Below are positions 50,065 to 64,000 of a stretch of 64,000 nt of DNA, piece after piece. Position 1 is the first letter of the stretch; the number at the start of each line of letters is the position of its first letter. Below the pieces are notes generated by a model. It saw only the letters and a program-made list of their open reading frames with translations, ran no database searches and was not told where the DNA came from. Position numbers and translations under genes: made by a program. The DNA is taken from positions 83,700,001 to 83,764,000 of the forward strand of contig OZ024741.1 of NCBI GenBank assembly GCA_964016885.1, read 5' to 3'. This DNA comes from Eledone cirrhosa. Lineage: Eukaryota.

Positions 50065-52850
50065 CATTTGCACGGTGATGAGCTTTTTATCTTTGGATCA
50101 TTTAATTGAAATTATCTTGAGTGACAGTAATTCCCGCAGGATATTGCTGTTCTCCAAAATGTGGTGTCCTGCAAAGTTGTATTGCTAGGGTTCATTCCAA
50201 TTCTATCAAGGTTTTACCAGAGGTTTTCTGCCACCGACCCAAGTGTTCCAATCAATGTTGGTACCATATTCTGTCAACACCTATTCTAAATTCTGGATAT
50301 TTACCATCTTCTTGTTTTCTTTACCATTGATGTAAGGGTGTCCTCACGAAGTTATGTCTGGTCTTGTATTTTCAAGAAATCTATCTGTCTGGACTGTAAA
50401 GTCCCACAAGTATTTCCCAAACTGATTTACTAGGACCTATTCTGGTTTGTGCTGATACTATTTCTGAGTTGTTGGAAACCGTTGTTTCTTGTATAACAAC
50501 AAATGTATTCCCTCTGCGCAAAAATTCCGCAGGAACTCACGATGTTTGTCACACCTCCCACCTTCTTACCACATAACCTATACTTCTTTGTTTCATTTAG
50601 TTTATGATTTATACATATTGTGTATTGCGTTTGTTTTTAGTGCTTGGTATTGAACAGTTATTCATATATTTTCACACACTCTGTGGATCTCTCTCTCTCC
50701 CTCTCTCTCTCTCTCGCTCTTTTTCTTAAGATCACTTCTGTCAATCAATTCCATGAAGTTCCTACTTTTATTTCCTCGTCTCTCTTTCAACTTTACCATG
50801 TAATTCCATACCCCACCCTTTGTGCTTCGTTTTTCAGAAAGCACCATCTGTTTGTAATTCCTCTTACTTTATATGCTTTCAACGCATAAGCCTTTTGTTT
50901 TGGCAATATAACTTAAAATTTCTTCTTTATTACTGGCCAAATATGTGTCTAAGTACATGCCTCCATGAGCCTCGCCATCTTCAACAGTTACAATTCCTCA
51001 ACCTCCTACGTTCCGTGGTGTACATAACCTTATGACATTTGCCTTTGGATGCAATGCATCATCGTCAAGTAATTTCTTGTGCGTTAGCATATGCATCTTT
51101 TCTATTTCTTCTTTCGTCCTATTCAAAATAAATAGCTGCATTTTATTTAATAACTAGCACAGCCCCGGTATTGATAGCAGTAATCAAGTTCTTCCCATTT
51201 AATTTCGTTTTCATTAGCAATCCTATCCTAATGATACAGACTTCATTCACAATTCCTTTCATCTTCTTATTTAGAAATTTGTCAACTTCAAAATTATCCA
51301 GATGTTCAGGACAATCTATCGACTGTAACTCAATACCACCACAATATACATGCCTACCACTCTTTATTTCGAAACCAAAATCCATCCCAAAGTTTGTTTC
51401 CACAAAACCAGTGGACAGTTTTTACCAGTAGGTAAACCTAGAATTCATTCCTGCCAATGAGCTTCAGATCATCCATTAAAAGTAGATGATTGTTCATGGA
51501 ATCACAAAGATTATTTTGACCATACCTAAGTATTTATTTCCTGCATACAGGTTTCTCTTTCAGAAAGGCATGCTAGACTCTATTACACTAATAACACAGT
51601 CTGTTATCCGTAACTGTCAGAAACATTTCAGTACCCATTAATATTGAACCTGCCAAAAACTTTCTTAAAGTCTATCCAAGCTATGCGTGATTCTTTAGAC
51701 GTGTTTTGCAGTTATTCATGATCACCTTGTAAACACCATGATGGCATTTAGTTTCCTGGGAATTTTTCCTTCATCTCATTCTGTCGCAAATGATCATACA
51801 ATTTACCGCAAAGATGAGAGTCAACAGCTTCCAACGTAAAATAAATTAAGCAATGGGCTTGCAATTTCCAATTAACAGAACTTTCCTTTCATCATTTAAT
51901 ATCAAGGTTGTTTTCTTTCAGATATCCAACTTAGGTGCTTCCCTAGTCTTGAACGGACACTTGTAAATCTTTTCAACTAGAATACTTGGTTGTTGCTTTT
52001 ATTGTTGCTGTTGGCTGAGGAAGTGACTCAGTTGGTGTTGGTAGTGGGGCTCGCAGCGATGGTGTTGAGAAAAATGTTGTTTGAAAGGGTTACTTATCTT
52101 CCACCATTTCTTCCTTTCAATTTGTTTAAAACCTAATCGCTCAGCCACCAGAAACCTTGCAGCGATAATTATCTTTCTCAAGACAGTGAAACAATTGGTT
52201 TCTATTTCATGATTTCCTTTGACTGTTTCATTTGTTAAACGATTTCTACTTATAAACCAGGATCATGAATCCAGGCTCATGAAAGAAATGACTCAATCTC
52301 TTCAATATTGTTTCATCCTTTTCTTAATGTTTATTCCTACTTTCAATGTCCACATCATCAGTCAGTTGATCTCCCTCTTTCTCCATAAGGAATAGTTCAT
52401 CATTTCTTTCTCCTATCAGCATTGTTGTAGGATAATTTCCCTCAGTTTATTCATTTTCATTATGATCTGTTTTTCTCAGTGTCCACAGTCGCATCATCTA
52501 TGTTACCCTCTGCCTTAGTATTCATACTTTGAACTTCAAATTGCAGGGTCTCTAATTCTACCTATTACTCCTTCTAATTTTCCTTATCTTTCAAAGATTT
52601 CACAATGATTTAAAACATTTCAAACATTTTCCAATGTTGAAGTGTCCGTCCACCCACACCACGTGCTCCTCCTTCTGCAAACATTTGACAATTGACGGTG
52701 ATTTTATTATTTTCTTTGACCCATTTCCAGCTGCCTCCGGTTACATTGTGTCGTTTTCCTTTTCTGCGGCTATAAACCTATGGGTTGTTTGTGGTACAGA
52801 TGCCTTATACGGACTTGTGGACCCCTTTACTTCTGAGGTGAGCTGTTAAC
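50065..52850 (-). pseudogene. Old, decayed R4/Dong-like LINE
   Basis: Minus-strand remnants: LWDFTVQTDR...RPDI, LNGKNLITAINTGAV, MDDLKLI, KKWWK. Confidence 0.65.
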
Positions 52851-53049
52851 AGCTCAACCCCTGCCACACTTTCTCTGTCCGACAGTTTCAAGTCCTGTTG
52901 CTTCCAAGAGTTGCAGTTTGAATTTATATTTCTTCTCTTCATCATTTTCAGGAGATCAGTACCCGTATTTTTTGTATTTATTGATGTTAAATTTAGTCCA
53001 TTTTTAGTATTCTACTCCAATAATGTCTTTCATATCTGTCTTTTTCGTT

Positions 53050-55385
53050 GATTTTTAAATATTGCTATGCCTGTGATTGATCTAAATTTCGTATCTCACC
53101 TACCTAATGAAGCAAGATGGGATGTGGACATTTCTTTAATTCGAATCTCATACCCGTGTCTTTTGTGATTCCATGTAGTGTTGGTAGCAATCTTTCGTGG
53201 TGTTTCCCGCCTACAGCATACAGCTTTAGATCATCAAGATACATGAGATGGATAATTTTCATGAAGCATTTATATTCCAGTCCTGTTCGTTTTAGTATCA
53301 CAGATTCACTCTTGCCCAAGAGCTTCAGAACGTAGCTGATTAATCGTAGATCCTCTCTTTCCAACATATATCTCCTGTACGATCGTGTATAATGGAATCA
53401 TGGTAACGGCAAAGATCAAGACTGAGAGTAACTCACCTTGAAATATTCCTTTTCGTATATTGAAAATATTTAGCTTTTTATATCCTGCATAAAGATTTGT
53501 TTTCCACAAAATCCTTCTAGACTCAAATACATTAATAACATAAATTGATATTACAAACGTTCGCGAAGTATTCAGTACCCGTGAATGTGGGAACATGTCA
53601 AATGTTTTCTTAAAATATATCCAAGCCATGCAATTATTCATGACCACCTTGTCAATGTGGTCCTTCGTTCCCCAAGAATGTTTCTACTTGTCAAATAGCA
53701 TGTCATTCTAAATCAAGTGGTCATACAATTCTGCCGTAGAAATGGCTGTCAACAACTTCCAATATACATTCAAGCAATCGAACTGTAATTTCCAACTAAC
53801 TTTGCAATTTATTATTTCATTATCAAATCTGTCTTCCTTCAACCATTCAGCTTGCAGCCCCGCCTTGTACTTCACAACTTCAGAATCATTTAGTTGAATG
53901 AACCCTTTTAGATCTTTTCTACTAGAATCCTTAGATTCCATCTAGTCCAGGATATTTCCATTTTGGCACTGTCGGAAGTTGCGGCTTAATGTGTTCCTTT
54001 GAAATAATTTCCCATCTCAATCTTGTTTCATTAGATAATTCACCCTCAACTTCATTTATCCAACAACCATCTTTGTCATGCATCTTTGCAGTCCTCCAAT
54101 TTATGTGACCAAATTGTTGAGGATTCATCCGAATTAGATGCACCTATTATACCATTTTTCCTAACAGTGATCTAAAGAACATCTGATTTGCAGAGCATAA
54201 TATGTTCTACTGGTATTGCTTGTGTGTAATTGTATAGCGAATATTAGACATTGCATTAATTCACCTTTTAACTTCTATCAATACATTCGATGCTTTCAAC
54301 TATATCATCTAATTCATGTATATATGCCATCTCTCCACTAATTTACTCTTTTCCATTTTCCCCTACGTTTTGAATCCCTATAACCTAGATATATTCTGAG
54401 CTAATTTGTATCACCTTCTAATCTTCCCTTCCCCTAGAACTCCTTATAGTTTTTCCATTGTGTATGCTTGAGATCTAATCGCCCACAAACATGAAATCCT
54501 GTAGAGCTAATTAACATTCTAGCATAGATGATACCACTAGTTTCTATATACTTCACTTCATAGTTTATGTTTGCTATATGACATCTCACTATATTTTGAA
54601 GATTCAGTGGGACCTTATAGAATCTAAGATAATCAGTCTTGTTACTTCATCTTATTAATTTCTATTTAAATATTCCATCCCCAAATCATCACTCACATGA
54701 ATTTTAACTATGTCCATAGTTAGTGCTTCGTGGTGTTTTGCATTATCTGCATATGGTAAGCGAGTTATTCCTCAATTGATTCCTTTTCATTGTGATCTAT
54801 GTTCTCCACTTTCCACTCATGTGCCATCTACGTTACCTTCAATATTAATGTTCTTGGTTTGTACTTCAAATTCCAGGATCACTAATTCAACCTTGATGGA
54901 CCAACTACTACTTCTATATTTTCATATCTGTCCCATTAAATTGTTGGCACTGATTTCAAACAATTCAAAGGTTTTCCAATTCTGACGCCCCTTTTTCTTT
55001 TGGAAGAACCTGGCACATGGTTGCAGCTTCGTTATCGTTTTGAGGTAATGTCCTTCTGCCAATGGTTTCATTGCATCGTTTTATTTTCCAGCAGTTAATT
55101 CTGTTGTACAGTCGCATGATGAAGACATGTGGACGCTTCTACCATCTTTGGTGAGATGTTAACAACTTCACTCCCATCAAAGCTGCGTTGCTCGACAGCT
55201 CGGATAAGGAGTTCTAGCCCCACAGCAATGGGGCTCCATGTTCCAGAAATTTGCGTTTATGAAATTGCGCAAATACCACTGGATGTTTTGTATACACCAC
55301 CTTTAGGAACCAACCAAAGCTAAAGATGACTTTCTCGCCATTCGCCTTGACTGATTCGCCATATGCCAAACCGGTATTTAGTGAT
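53050..55385 (-). pseudogene. Old, decayed R4/Dong-like LINE (RT and N-terminal remnants)
   Basis: MAWIYFKKTFD, KGIFQGELLS, HLMYLDDLKLYA, PKWKYPGLDGI; the 5' end abuts (TAA)/(TTA)n. Confidence 0.7.
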
Positions 55386-55710
55386 ATAATAATAATAATA
55401 ATAATTATTATTATTATTATTATTATCCTTTTCAACTTCATCATCGTGTCAATCTTCCTACAAATGCACAAACATACATGCATACATATATAAATATGTA
55501 TATACATAAACACCTACAGACAGACATAGACACACGTACACAGAAACACACCCATACACGTATATATATACATATATATATATGAATGTATATATATATA
55601 TTCAAGTGGTACCAGCTAATGTTTGCGTTATGCGTCTTTTTGTTTGCAAACTTTCATCCGTTTATCATCCGTTTATCCTGCATCAAATCCTTGAAAAGAA
55701 ATGTATGTAC

Positions 55711-55747
<37 letters not shown>

Positions 55748-55750
<3 letters not shown>

Positions 55751-55905
55751 AAAATAATAAATTTGAAGACTAAAATCCAAAGAGGGCTCGACAAGGATAA
55801 ATATATATCAAATATATCAGAACCCTAGAGCAAATATTTATTAAAATAACAGATTAAATTTTAAGCAAAGAATCGCTGCTTTCACCCTTAACGGGATCTT
55901 CTGAA
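55748..55905 (-). mobile_element. Second copy of the family E element, adjacent to (TA)n
   Basis: Near-identical to 14041-14195. Confidence 0.7.
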
Positions 55906-56094
55906 ACTAAAAGAAAATAAATCTGTGAACGCAGAAGTAAATATTTCGAAAAACGTTGCAACCCAAGTTAAATAGGAAGTCGATACTTTGGTTCGTGAAG
56001 ACGTTCCTGGCAATGAAAGGAAAAAAGCGAAGATAATTCGTCATTATGTGGAGAGTGAGAACAATTACACGCAAAGAGAGGGAAACAGAGAAAG

Positions 56095-56195
56095 AGGGAG
56101 AGTTGGAGAGACAGAGATAGAGAAAGAGAAAGAGAGAGAGAGAGAGAGAGGGAGAGATTCACACACACATACACACACACACACACACGTCTATG

Positions 56196-56237
<42 letters not shown>

Positions 56238-56290
56238 CGTGCGCATGCGCGCGCGCGCGTGTGTGTGTGCGTGTGTGTGTGTGTATGTAT
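56095..56290. repeat. Compound microsatellite (GA)n(CA)n(TA)n(TG)n
   Basis: Seen directly. Confidence 0.95.
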
Positions 56291-56967
56291 GTGTTTTAAT
56301 AAAAAATATATATATATAGATACAAACATAAATTATCGAGATTTGCATTTCGGCCCACGAAATAACGAAAAACAACCTCCGAGATGTGAGGCAAGTGCTC
56401 AATGATTCAGATATACCAGAGCTATAACAAACGTTAAAGGCCAAACACACTGAAACGATGGTTAAACAATCATTCGCATAGCCAAAAAAACGATCAAGTA
56501 ATTCGTTTTTTGAAAATATAGATAGATAGATATAGAGGTATAGATATATATATCTATATGTAATGTGTACAGACCTGGACGCTTGAATACATAAATATGT
56601 GCCTCATTTCAAAATGGTTTATTAGACAATCAATTGAATTACACTGTGCCATAGAATATTTCCCTTCGAATATATTGAGAGGATATGTTTGCTCATATAT
56701 TGTCACCGTTGGGCAAGGTGAAACCAAAACCGAGAATTTAAGAAGCTCTTCTTACTAATGATATACACTCAATCACATGCGCACAAACACACGGAGATTT
56801 ATGAATGAGTGTGTGCATCTGTGTACGACTGTGTGTGCATGTGTGTACGACTATGTGTGCCTGTGTGTATTTGTCTTTAGAAATACACACAACACACACA
56901 CGTATATGCAGATCATATTTTATAGCTAAAATAAACAATAAAAAACAATGACAAGAATATTAATAAC

Positions 56968-56968
<1 letters not shown>

Positions 56969-57033
<65 letters not shown>
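56969..57033. repeat. (TAA)n microsatellite
   Basis: Seen directly. Confidence 0.98.
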
Positions 57034-57513
57034 TTTAACATAAAAATCAACTAGAAAATTGAAAAGAAGCAAGAATAAAATTTTAAAATACAGCTAAAAA
57101 TATCAACACATTCTTGTTCATAATTTCATACATATTATATATTCAGGTCGAATGAATAAAGAAAAACAAGGAAAGAATCGAGACAGCAACGAAAATCAAT
57201 AAAACCTGTAATATATATTCTAGTACAGAAGCATGGGCGGAGTGATGTGATATGTTGGCGGTGGATGGTGGTGGTATTTTTACTCTTTTACTGCCCATAA
57301 AAGCAAGATATTTGATAATAATTTTCTCTCGCAATATTAATTACATTCTACACTCTAAGCATTTTTCCTGAATTACAAAATGTTTGCTGATGCAAATTTT
57401 ATTAGTTATCATCTCAAAGATATAAATAAATAAATAAATAAATAAATAAAATGGCATTGAGCATTATACATTTCTCTATGTATTTTCCATTTGTTGCTTA
57501 CTGCGTGATTTAA

Positions 57514-57573
<60 letters not shown>

Positions 57574-57583
57574 GCTGCTGCTG

Positions 57584-57671
<88 letters not shown>

Positions 57672-57818
57672 AAATAATAATAATAATAATAATAATGATA
57701 GCAACATCAACAATGATGATAATTGCAATAATTCTGAAAATAATGATAATTGTAGCAATAACAGCAATAACAATTACAATAATAATGATAACATTTATAG
57801 AAATAATAATAATAATAA
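57514..57818. repeat. (CTA)n followed by degenerate (AAT)n trinucleotide repeats
   Basis: Seen directly. Confidence 0.95.
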
Positions 57819-57931
57819 TTGTTTCTACTTTTGGCACAAGGTCAGCAATTACCCAGTGTAATACTGGTACTTTATTTTATCGACCCCGTAAGGAGGAAAG
57901 TTAACCTCGGCGGGATTTGAACTCAGATCAT
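57818..57931 (-). mobile_element. Nin-domain SINE, 5'-truncated
   Basis: Matches 371-490. Confidence 0.78.
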
Positions 57932-57980
57932 AAATCATAAATAATAATAATAATAATAATATTAATAATAATAATAATAA

Positions 57981-58283
57981 TAAAACAATACCAGTGGTTG
58001 TAGGCGCTCTGGGAATGATACCTAAGGGGTCTAATGATTACTTATCGCAAATCCCAGGAAACCCGCGTATAGGAGAAATACAAAAGATAGTACTAATGGG
58101 AACTACCCATATACTAAGGAAGATTCTGTCAATATAAGTACATCACAAGTCTAAACACCTAAAGATGAATGTGTGTGTATGTATGTTCTTTCTTGAACAT
58201 GGCAGACCTTGTTGTCTCTTGAGGTCACTGGTTGTGACTTGGTGATAACTCGTATGAACATAAAGCAAGATAAATGCAACTGT
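57981..58283 (+). mobile_element. R4/Dong-like LINE family 2, short 3' fragment
   Basis: Near-identical to 33050-33350; (TAA)n on both sides. Confidence 0.88.
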
Positions 58284-58320
58284 AATAATAATAATAATAA
58301 TAAATGACTGAGACTCAAAA

Positions 58321-58374
<54 letters not shown>

Positions 58375-58375
<1 letters not shown>

Positions 58376-60423
58376 GTAATGATGTTACCAACTATAGACC
58401 TATCACATGTCTGTCCGTAATGTGGAAACTGTTGACGAGCATTGTGTCTGAGGAAATCTACCATCACCTCCACACAAACAACTTGTTACCGGACGAACAG
58501 AAAGGATGCCGAAAGAAGTCACGTGGTACAAAGGACCAGTTACTTATTGATAAGATGGTAATGGGGAATTGCAGGAAGAGACACACTGATCTTGCCATGG
58601 GATGGATAGACTACAGAAAGGCATTTGACATGGTGCCTCATTCTTGGATCACCAAAAGCCTGGAGATCTTCAGGGTGGCAGATAACATCAGACAGTTGCT
58701 GGGCAGGAGTATGGGGTCCTGGGAGACAGAGTTGACATCAACTGGAGTATCCTTGGGAAGCGTGAAGATCAAGAGAGGTATCTTCCAGGGAGATAGCCTG
58801 TCCCCTCTGTTGTTTGTCCTTGCCCTAATGCCCTTGACCATTATGCTGCGAAAAGTGAGAGCAGGATACAAGTTGGGAAGGGGAGAGCTTACCATCAATC
58901 ACCTCCTCTTCATGGACGATCTTAAGCTCTTCGGGAAAAGTGAGAAGGAGTTGGATGTGCTTGTTGACACTGTCCGTATTTTCAGCAGTGATATATGTAT
59001 GCAGTTTGGTATTGGTAAATGTGGAGTCATTGTGATGAGGAGGGGTAGGTTGAGCAGAAGTAGCGGGATCCAGATACCAACAGGTGAGATGATAAAGGAA
59101 ATTGACTCTGAGGAAGGATACAAGTATTTGGGCGTTCTGGAGGCTGATGGCATAAAGAACAAAAAAATGAAGGAATTGTTAAGAACTGAATACATTCGGA
59201 GAGTAAGGAGCGTATTGAAGTCACATCTGAACAGCAGAAATGCCATAAGCGCAGTAAATTCCCGAGCTGTGTCTATTATTAGGTACAGTGCGGGAATTCT
59301 GAGATGGAATGTTGCTGAACAAAAAGAAATGGATAGGAAGACTAGGAAGCTATTGACTATCTACAACATGTTCCACAAGAGGAGTGATGTCGATAGACTC
59401 TACCTAAGGAGATCTGAGGGTGGAAGAGGTCTTATCAGCATAGAGGACTGTGTTCAGATGGAGAAAAACAACCTATACAAATACGTGACCTATAGTAAGG
59501 AGCCAATGCTCAAAACTGTACTGAAGGAGGGGACAGTAGGCCAGGGGATGTCCAAGGAGGAAATAACTTCAAGGAGGAAGAGCAGCCTTAAGGGAAAATC
59601 CCTTCATAGTACCTTCTTTGAGAAAACTGAATTTAGAGATCTACAGACATGGAACTGGTTGAGAAGAGGAGACCTCAAAAAGGCTACAGAAGGAATGATA
59701 ATGGCTGCGCAGGAGCAGGCCCTCAAAACGAAGTGGTTGAAGCACCATATTTACAAGGAGGAGGCTAGCCCACTGTGCAGGATCTGTGGAGAGAGAGAGG
59801 AGACTGTGGCTCACATTGTGTCCGAGTGTAAACACCTAGCCCAGACCCACTATAAGGACTGGAGACACGATGTGATGGGCAGGGTGATCCACTGGCACCT
59901 GTGCAAAGTAAACAATTTACCACATTCTGAGAAATGGTATGAGCATAGGCCGGAGGCGGTGATGGAGAACAATCAGGTGAAGGTGCTGTGGGATTTTAGG
60001 ATACAGACGGACAAAAAACTGGAACACAATAGACCTGACCTGGTGGTTGTGGACAAAGAAAAAAGATCGTGTCTGATTGTGGATGTGGCCTGCCCGTTCG
60101 ACACGAGAGTGCAAGAGAAGGAGAGGGAGAAAATTAACCGATACCAGGACCTAAAGTGGGAGGTGAAAAGGATTTGGAACTGCCATGAAGTCAAAGTGAT
60201 CCCGATTGTCATAGGCGCACTGGGGACTATCTCCAAATGTTTCCAGGGATGGTTAAAGAAAATCGGCCCCTTCACGCTTTTTGGAACGCTTCAAAAGGCA
60301 TGCTTGCTTGGAACAGCAAGAACCCTCCGATACGTCCTGAATATCTGAGGCTGCAGGTAGTGGCTTGATATTCATTCCAACGGACTTTCCAGTTAACCAA
60401 CATCAATGACTGAGATTCAAGGA
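58375..60423 (+). mobile_element. R4/Dong-like LINE family 1, 5'-truncated young copy
   Basis: Uninterrupted ORF plus short 3' UTR, bounded by (TAA)n. Confidence 0.93.
58420..60348 (+). CDS. R4/Dong-like ORF: reverse transcriptase + CCHC finger + restriction-like endonuclease (N-terminus missing)
   Basis: 642-aa open frame: [44 protein letters not shown]...[26 protein letters not shown]. Confidence 0.92.
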   Translation: MWKLLTSIVSEEIYHHLHTNNLLPDEQKGCRKKSRGTKDQLLIDKMVMGNCRKRHTDLAMGWIDYRKAFDMVPHSWITKSLEIFRVADNIRQLLGRSMGSWETELTSTGVSLGSVKIKRGIFQGDSLSPLLFVLALMPLTIMLRKVRAGYKLGRGELTINHLLFMDDLKLFGKSEKELDVLVDTVRIFSSDICMQFGIGKCGVIVMRRGRLSRSSGIQIPTGEMIKEIDSEEGYKYLGVLEADGIKNKKMKELLRTEYIRRVRSVLKSHLNSRNAISAVNSRAVSIIRYSAGILRWNVAEQKEMDRKTRKLLTIYNMFHKRSDVDRLYLRRSEGGRGLISIEDCVQMEKNNLYKYVTYSKEPMLKTVLKEGTVGQGMSKEEITSRRKSSLKGKSLHSTFFEKTEFRDLQTWNWLRRGDLKKATEGMIMAAQEQALKTKWLKHHIYKEEASPLCRICGEREETVAHIVSECKHLAQTHYKDWRHDVMGRVIHWHLCKVNNLPHSEKWYEHRPEAVMENNQVKVLWDFRIQTDKKLEHNRPDLVVVDKEKRSCLIVDVACPFDTRVQEKEREKINRYQDLKWEVKRIWNCHEVKVIPIVIGALGTISKCFQGWLKKIGPFTLFGTLQKACLLGTARTLRYVLNI

Positions 60424-60434
60424 ATAACAACAAC

Positions 60435-60466
<32 letters not shown>

Positions 60467-60467
<1 letters not shown>

Positions 60468-61152
60468 CCTGATACTAACAAAACTTTAACCCATCAGTGG
60501 TTGGCATCCTCTAGACTGAAATCGGAGACTGAAGGATTGATTATATCAGCACAAGATCAGTGTCTGCCAACAAAAAATTACCAAGCCAACATAATAAAAA
60601 ATGGATGCAACCCATTATGCCGTGTACGTAAAAAAGAACCAGAGACCATTGATCATATAATTTCATTGTTCAGTCCTATAGCTCCAAATGAATACCTAGA
60701 CAGGCATGACAGAGCTGCACAATACATACATTGGATAATGTGTAAGCATTTTGACCTGCCCCATCAAAAGAATTGGTGGGAGCATCAACCACCGACCATA
60801 CTTGAAAAAGATGACATCTCAATCTTGTGGAACTTTAGCATCCAAACAAACCGAAAAATAGATGCAAATAGACCTGATATAATACTGAAGGACTTTAAAA
60901 AGAGAGTATGCCTGCTAATTGAACTGTCCGTTCCAATAGACAAGAATGTATCTATAAAAACATTTGGAGATAGAAATTGGAAAAATGTGGAAATTGAGAA
61001 CTAAAACAATACTAGTGGTTGTAGGTGCTCTAGGAATGAAACCTAAGGGGTCTAATGATTACTCATCGAAATTACCAGGAAACCCGCGTATAGGAGAAAT
61101 ACAAAAGATAGTCAAATGGGAACTGACCAGAAACTAAGGGAGATTCTGTCAA
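60467..61152 (+). mobile_element. R4/Dong-like LINE family 2, 3' fragment
   Basis: Homologous to 32490-33205. Confidence 0.85.
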
Positions 61153-61165
61153 TATTTCTGTCAAT

Positions 61166-61279
61166 ATTTCTACTTTTGGCACAAGGCCAGCAATTATACC
61201 AGTGCATTACTGGCACTCTATTTTATCGACCCCGTAAGTATGAAAGGCAAAGTTAACTTCGGCGGGTTTGAACTCAGAT
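61166..61279 (-). mobile_element. Nin-domain SINE, 5'-truncated
   Basis: Matches the other copies. Confidence 0.78.
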
Positions 61280-61286
61280 AATAATA

Positions 61287-61528
61287 GAACTGCCATGAAG
61301 TCAGAGTCGTCCCGATTGTCATAGGCGCACTAGATACTATCCCAATGAGTTTCCAAGGATGGTTAAAGAAAATTAGTCCAGCCCCGCTTTTTTGGAACAC
61401 TTCAAAACGCATGCTTGCTGGGAACAGCAAGAACCCTCCGATACGTCCTGAATAGCTGAGGCTTGCAGGTAGCGCCTTGATATTCATTTCAACAAACTTT
61501 CCAGTTAAATAACATCAATGAATGAGAC
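61287..61528 (+). mobile_element. R4/Dong-like LINE family 1, short 3' fragment
   Basis: Homologous to 60177-60420. Confidence 0.85.
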
Positions 61529-61547
61529 CCCCCCCCCCCAAAAAAAA

Positions 61548-61577
<30 letters not shown>

Positions 61578-61579
<2 letters not shown>

Positions 61580-62300
61580 TGTTAAGTTTTGGGCTCAAAG
61601 CCCCAATATTTGTTGTGTACTTTTCAGAAAGCAATATATTTGAACTTATAAACACTTAATAACAAAAATATAAAAATTATAAATATAAAAAAACAAATAA
61701 ATATATATAAAAAAAAACAAAGAATGTAACAGAAAAAAATGAAACAAAGAAAAATTCCCTGGTAGGGGGGAGACTTCCGACGATCACTCTTGAAGAAAAC
61801 CCACCAAAAACTACGGTCACCCTGACCGCTAGGACAAGTGCCCTCTTCCAGTTTTCCTCCTACGATACTACAGGCACACGCACAGGGTAGGCCCATTCAC
61901 ACAGGCCATTCTTGCCTCTCTCACCCACCTTTCAACAAACTGGCTGGAAGGCAGTACTTCCCTCTCCACCCTAACTTTCCTTTTCAGGTAAAACCTGAAA
62001 AAGTTAATGCGGGCGTCACCGAAGAGAAATGTACACGTCTTCAACCCTTTCAGACGCGTCCACCATACGACTTCTTTTACCATGGCCACCAAGGCAGATA
62101 AAAACTGCTTTCCCCTGCTGGTTAAAGTAGGGCGGTGGAACAATCTTCACGATTGACTCAGCTGATAGCCGAATCCGTCCTACACGCGACAGCAGGTGTT
62201 CGACATAAACACACAATCAGCAATGCTCGGACACTGGATGAGTGCGTGCAGGACGGTCACATCTCGAACAGGCCCGGCTGGCGGCACTTCCATGCCTGTA
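61578..62300 (-). mobile_element. Tx1-like LINE 3' fragment
   Basis: ALVAMVKEVVWWTRLKGLKT...ERWVREARMA is homologous to the ORF2 C-terminus. Confidence 0.87.
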
Positions 62301-62689
62301 ATTAACAATAATAATAATAATAATAATAAAAAGAAGAAGAAGAATGATGACTAACAACATCATCATCATCATCATCATCATATTACAAATCATAATAAAA
62401 ACAAAAATATTTACAAAATAATAATAAAATGAAGAACAACAATAATGTTGATAATAAAGAATGATAATTGCTGTCTTATATGTGTAATATAAATAACTTA
62501 ATTAGTTGGAACTGTGACAGAAATGTAGAGTATCCCTTTTGTTTCATATTTATATTTAATAGAAAAGGGAAATAAATATGATGTTCATTATCGGTGTGTT
62601 TGTGTGTTTTATTGAATTACTGGTGGGCCCTTGCGGTAAATAATGATGGCAACAGCAATGAGCAATTTTAATATTTGGAGCCCAGTGTT

Positions 62690-63660
62690 GACATGACATA
62701 TACAGCAGGATTACTGGAGATATGAACAATCATACAAACTGCGGAATTTGCGTTTAATTAATAAATTTGCAATTATCATGGCATTTCAGTGAGCTTTGAA
62801 ATACTTCGCGGTGCCCTTCTCTTCTCCAGGTTTCATGTCCCTCACTAAGTTTAGCCTGCTAACAGCAGCAGTTTCAGGGTGTGGCTGAAAGGTTCCGGGG
62901 CCAAAAGTGAGAGTCTGGTGAAAACCAATGTACCTGTCCATACCCGTTATTTTCTCTACCTGAACACTGATGATATGTATTCCCAATAAAATAAACCTAA
63001 GACTACCAGAAGTACAGATCTAGCAGCCTAATTATCCACGCAGCAAAGTACTGCTAATAGTTCTTCTAAACAGACTGGATGGAAAGGCAGAGGAAATCTT
63101 AGTTGAAGACCCGACGGGAATCAGACCCAAAAGAAGTACAACAGTGCAAATATTTATCATCAGACTGCTCACTAAGAAACACTTGCAGCACCAATCTGAT
63201 CTCCACCATAACTTCATACACTTCGACCGTGTTTGGCTTGAGCATTTGACTGTGTTTGGCTTGAGGGATTGTTGAAGGTGATGAAGGATTACAACTTTGA
63301 CACCAACCTCATTGAAATAATCAAAGTACTGAATGACAACATAAACAGTGCAGTTCTAAATAACAACATCGGAGAATTCTTCAGAACAACAGTGGAAGTT
63401 TGACCGTGGTGTCTGCTTTCTGCTGTGCTTTTCAACATCTTCCTGGAAAATATGCAAGAAACTCTCAGGGACTTCCACACCGCAGTGTCCAGTGACCGGT
63501 TAGGAAGCAGTGAAGACATGATAGATTAGACTAGTCACAACACAGAGTCCCTTCTACACATGGCTGACAATGGAGACCAATGATGCCAACTGACTGCAAA
63601 AGCATATAGAATAACACCCCCAAAACTGGCTGCACCAGTTCCGGGAGCATGATGATGAAA
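62690..63660 (+). pseudogene. Decayed RTE-like LINE fragment
   Basis: Remnants of FDRVW and RTTV..RxxCLLSAVLFNIFLE; ends with a short (GAT)n tail. Confidence 0.6.
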
Positions 63661-64000
63661 TTAATAATGTAGATAAAAGAAAGCCTATAGCTGATGTTGT
63701 TTATTGATACTTGAATATAATTAAAAATAAGATTGATATTGTAGTAATTAATTTCTCAGATATAATTTCATAAATATTCAGCAAACATGTACAAATGACA
63801 TACTAGATAAAATATAATTAACGTGAGTGAAAAATTATTTACAAAGAGAAATGTATGACTAGGAGCTTGTTGGAACGGGAAACTTTTATTATAGTCCTGC
63901 GACAAATATGGAAAATACATCATAGGTATATGTGTATATATGTGTAATTGTGAGTGTAAATTTAAAGGTACATTTATATACATACATATATATAAATATA

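Noticed and set aside
55325-55385. GGCGAATGG words at the 5' end of a decayed R4/Dong-like LINE suggesting an HDV-like ribozyme
   Set aside because: I could not assemble the nested double pseudoknot by eye.

Overview
Eukaryotic, AT-rich, repeat-dominated DNA. It is probably cephalopod/mollusc, inferred from the Nin-domain tRNA SINEs, the LINE content and the microsatellite load. I could not confidently identify any host protein-coding gene. There are two microsatellite niches. (1) (TAA)n tracts hold nested non-LTR retrotransposons: two R4/Dong-like restriction-endonuclease LINE families, Tx1-like L1-clade LINEs including one nearly intact full-length copy, and Nin-domain SINEs. (2) (TA)n tracts hold Penelope-like (GIY-YIG) elements and several unrelated small non-coding repeat families. 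The most notable signal is in the second niche. Tandem arrays with ~465-bp and ~320-bp monomers carry one type I hammerhead ribozyme motif per monomer, with a palindromic stem III; family A also shows a compensatory stem II change between its two arrays. A related ~550-bp array has only a doubtful relic motif, and smaller fold-back elements carry single motifs. Most of these insertions share the inverted architecture of the neighbouring Penelope-like elements, with both 3' ends facing outward into (TA)n. This points to a retrozyme-like system of self-cleaving, possibly circular RNAs mobilised by Penelope-like elements. All structures were read by eye; no folding, alignment or database search was run.
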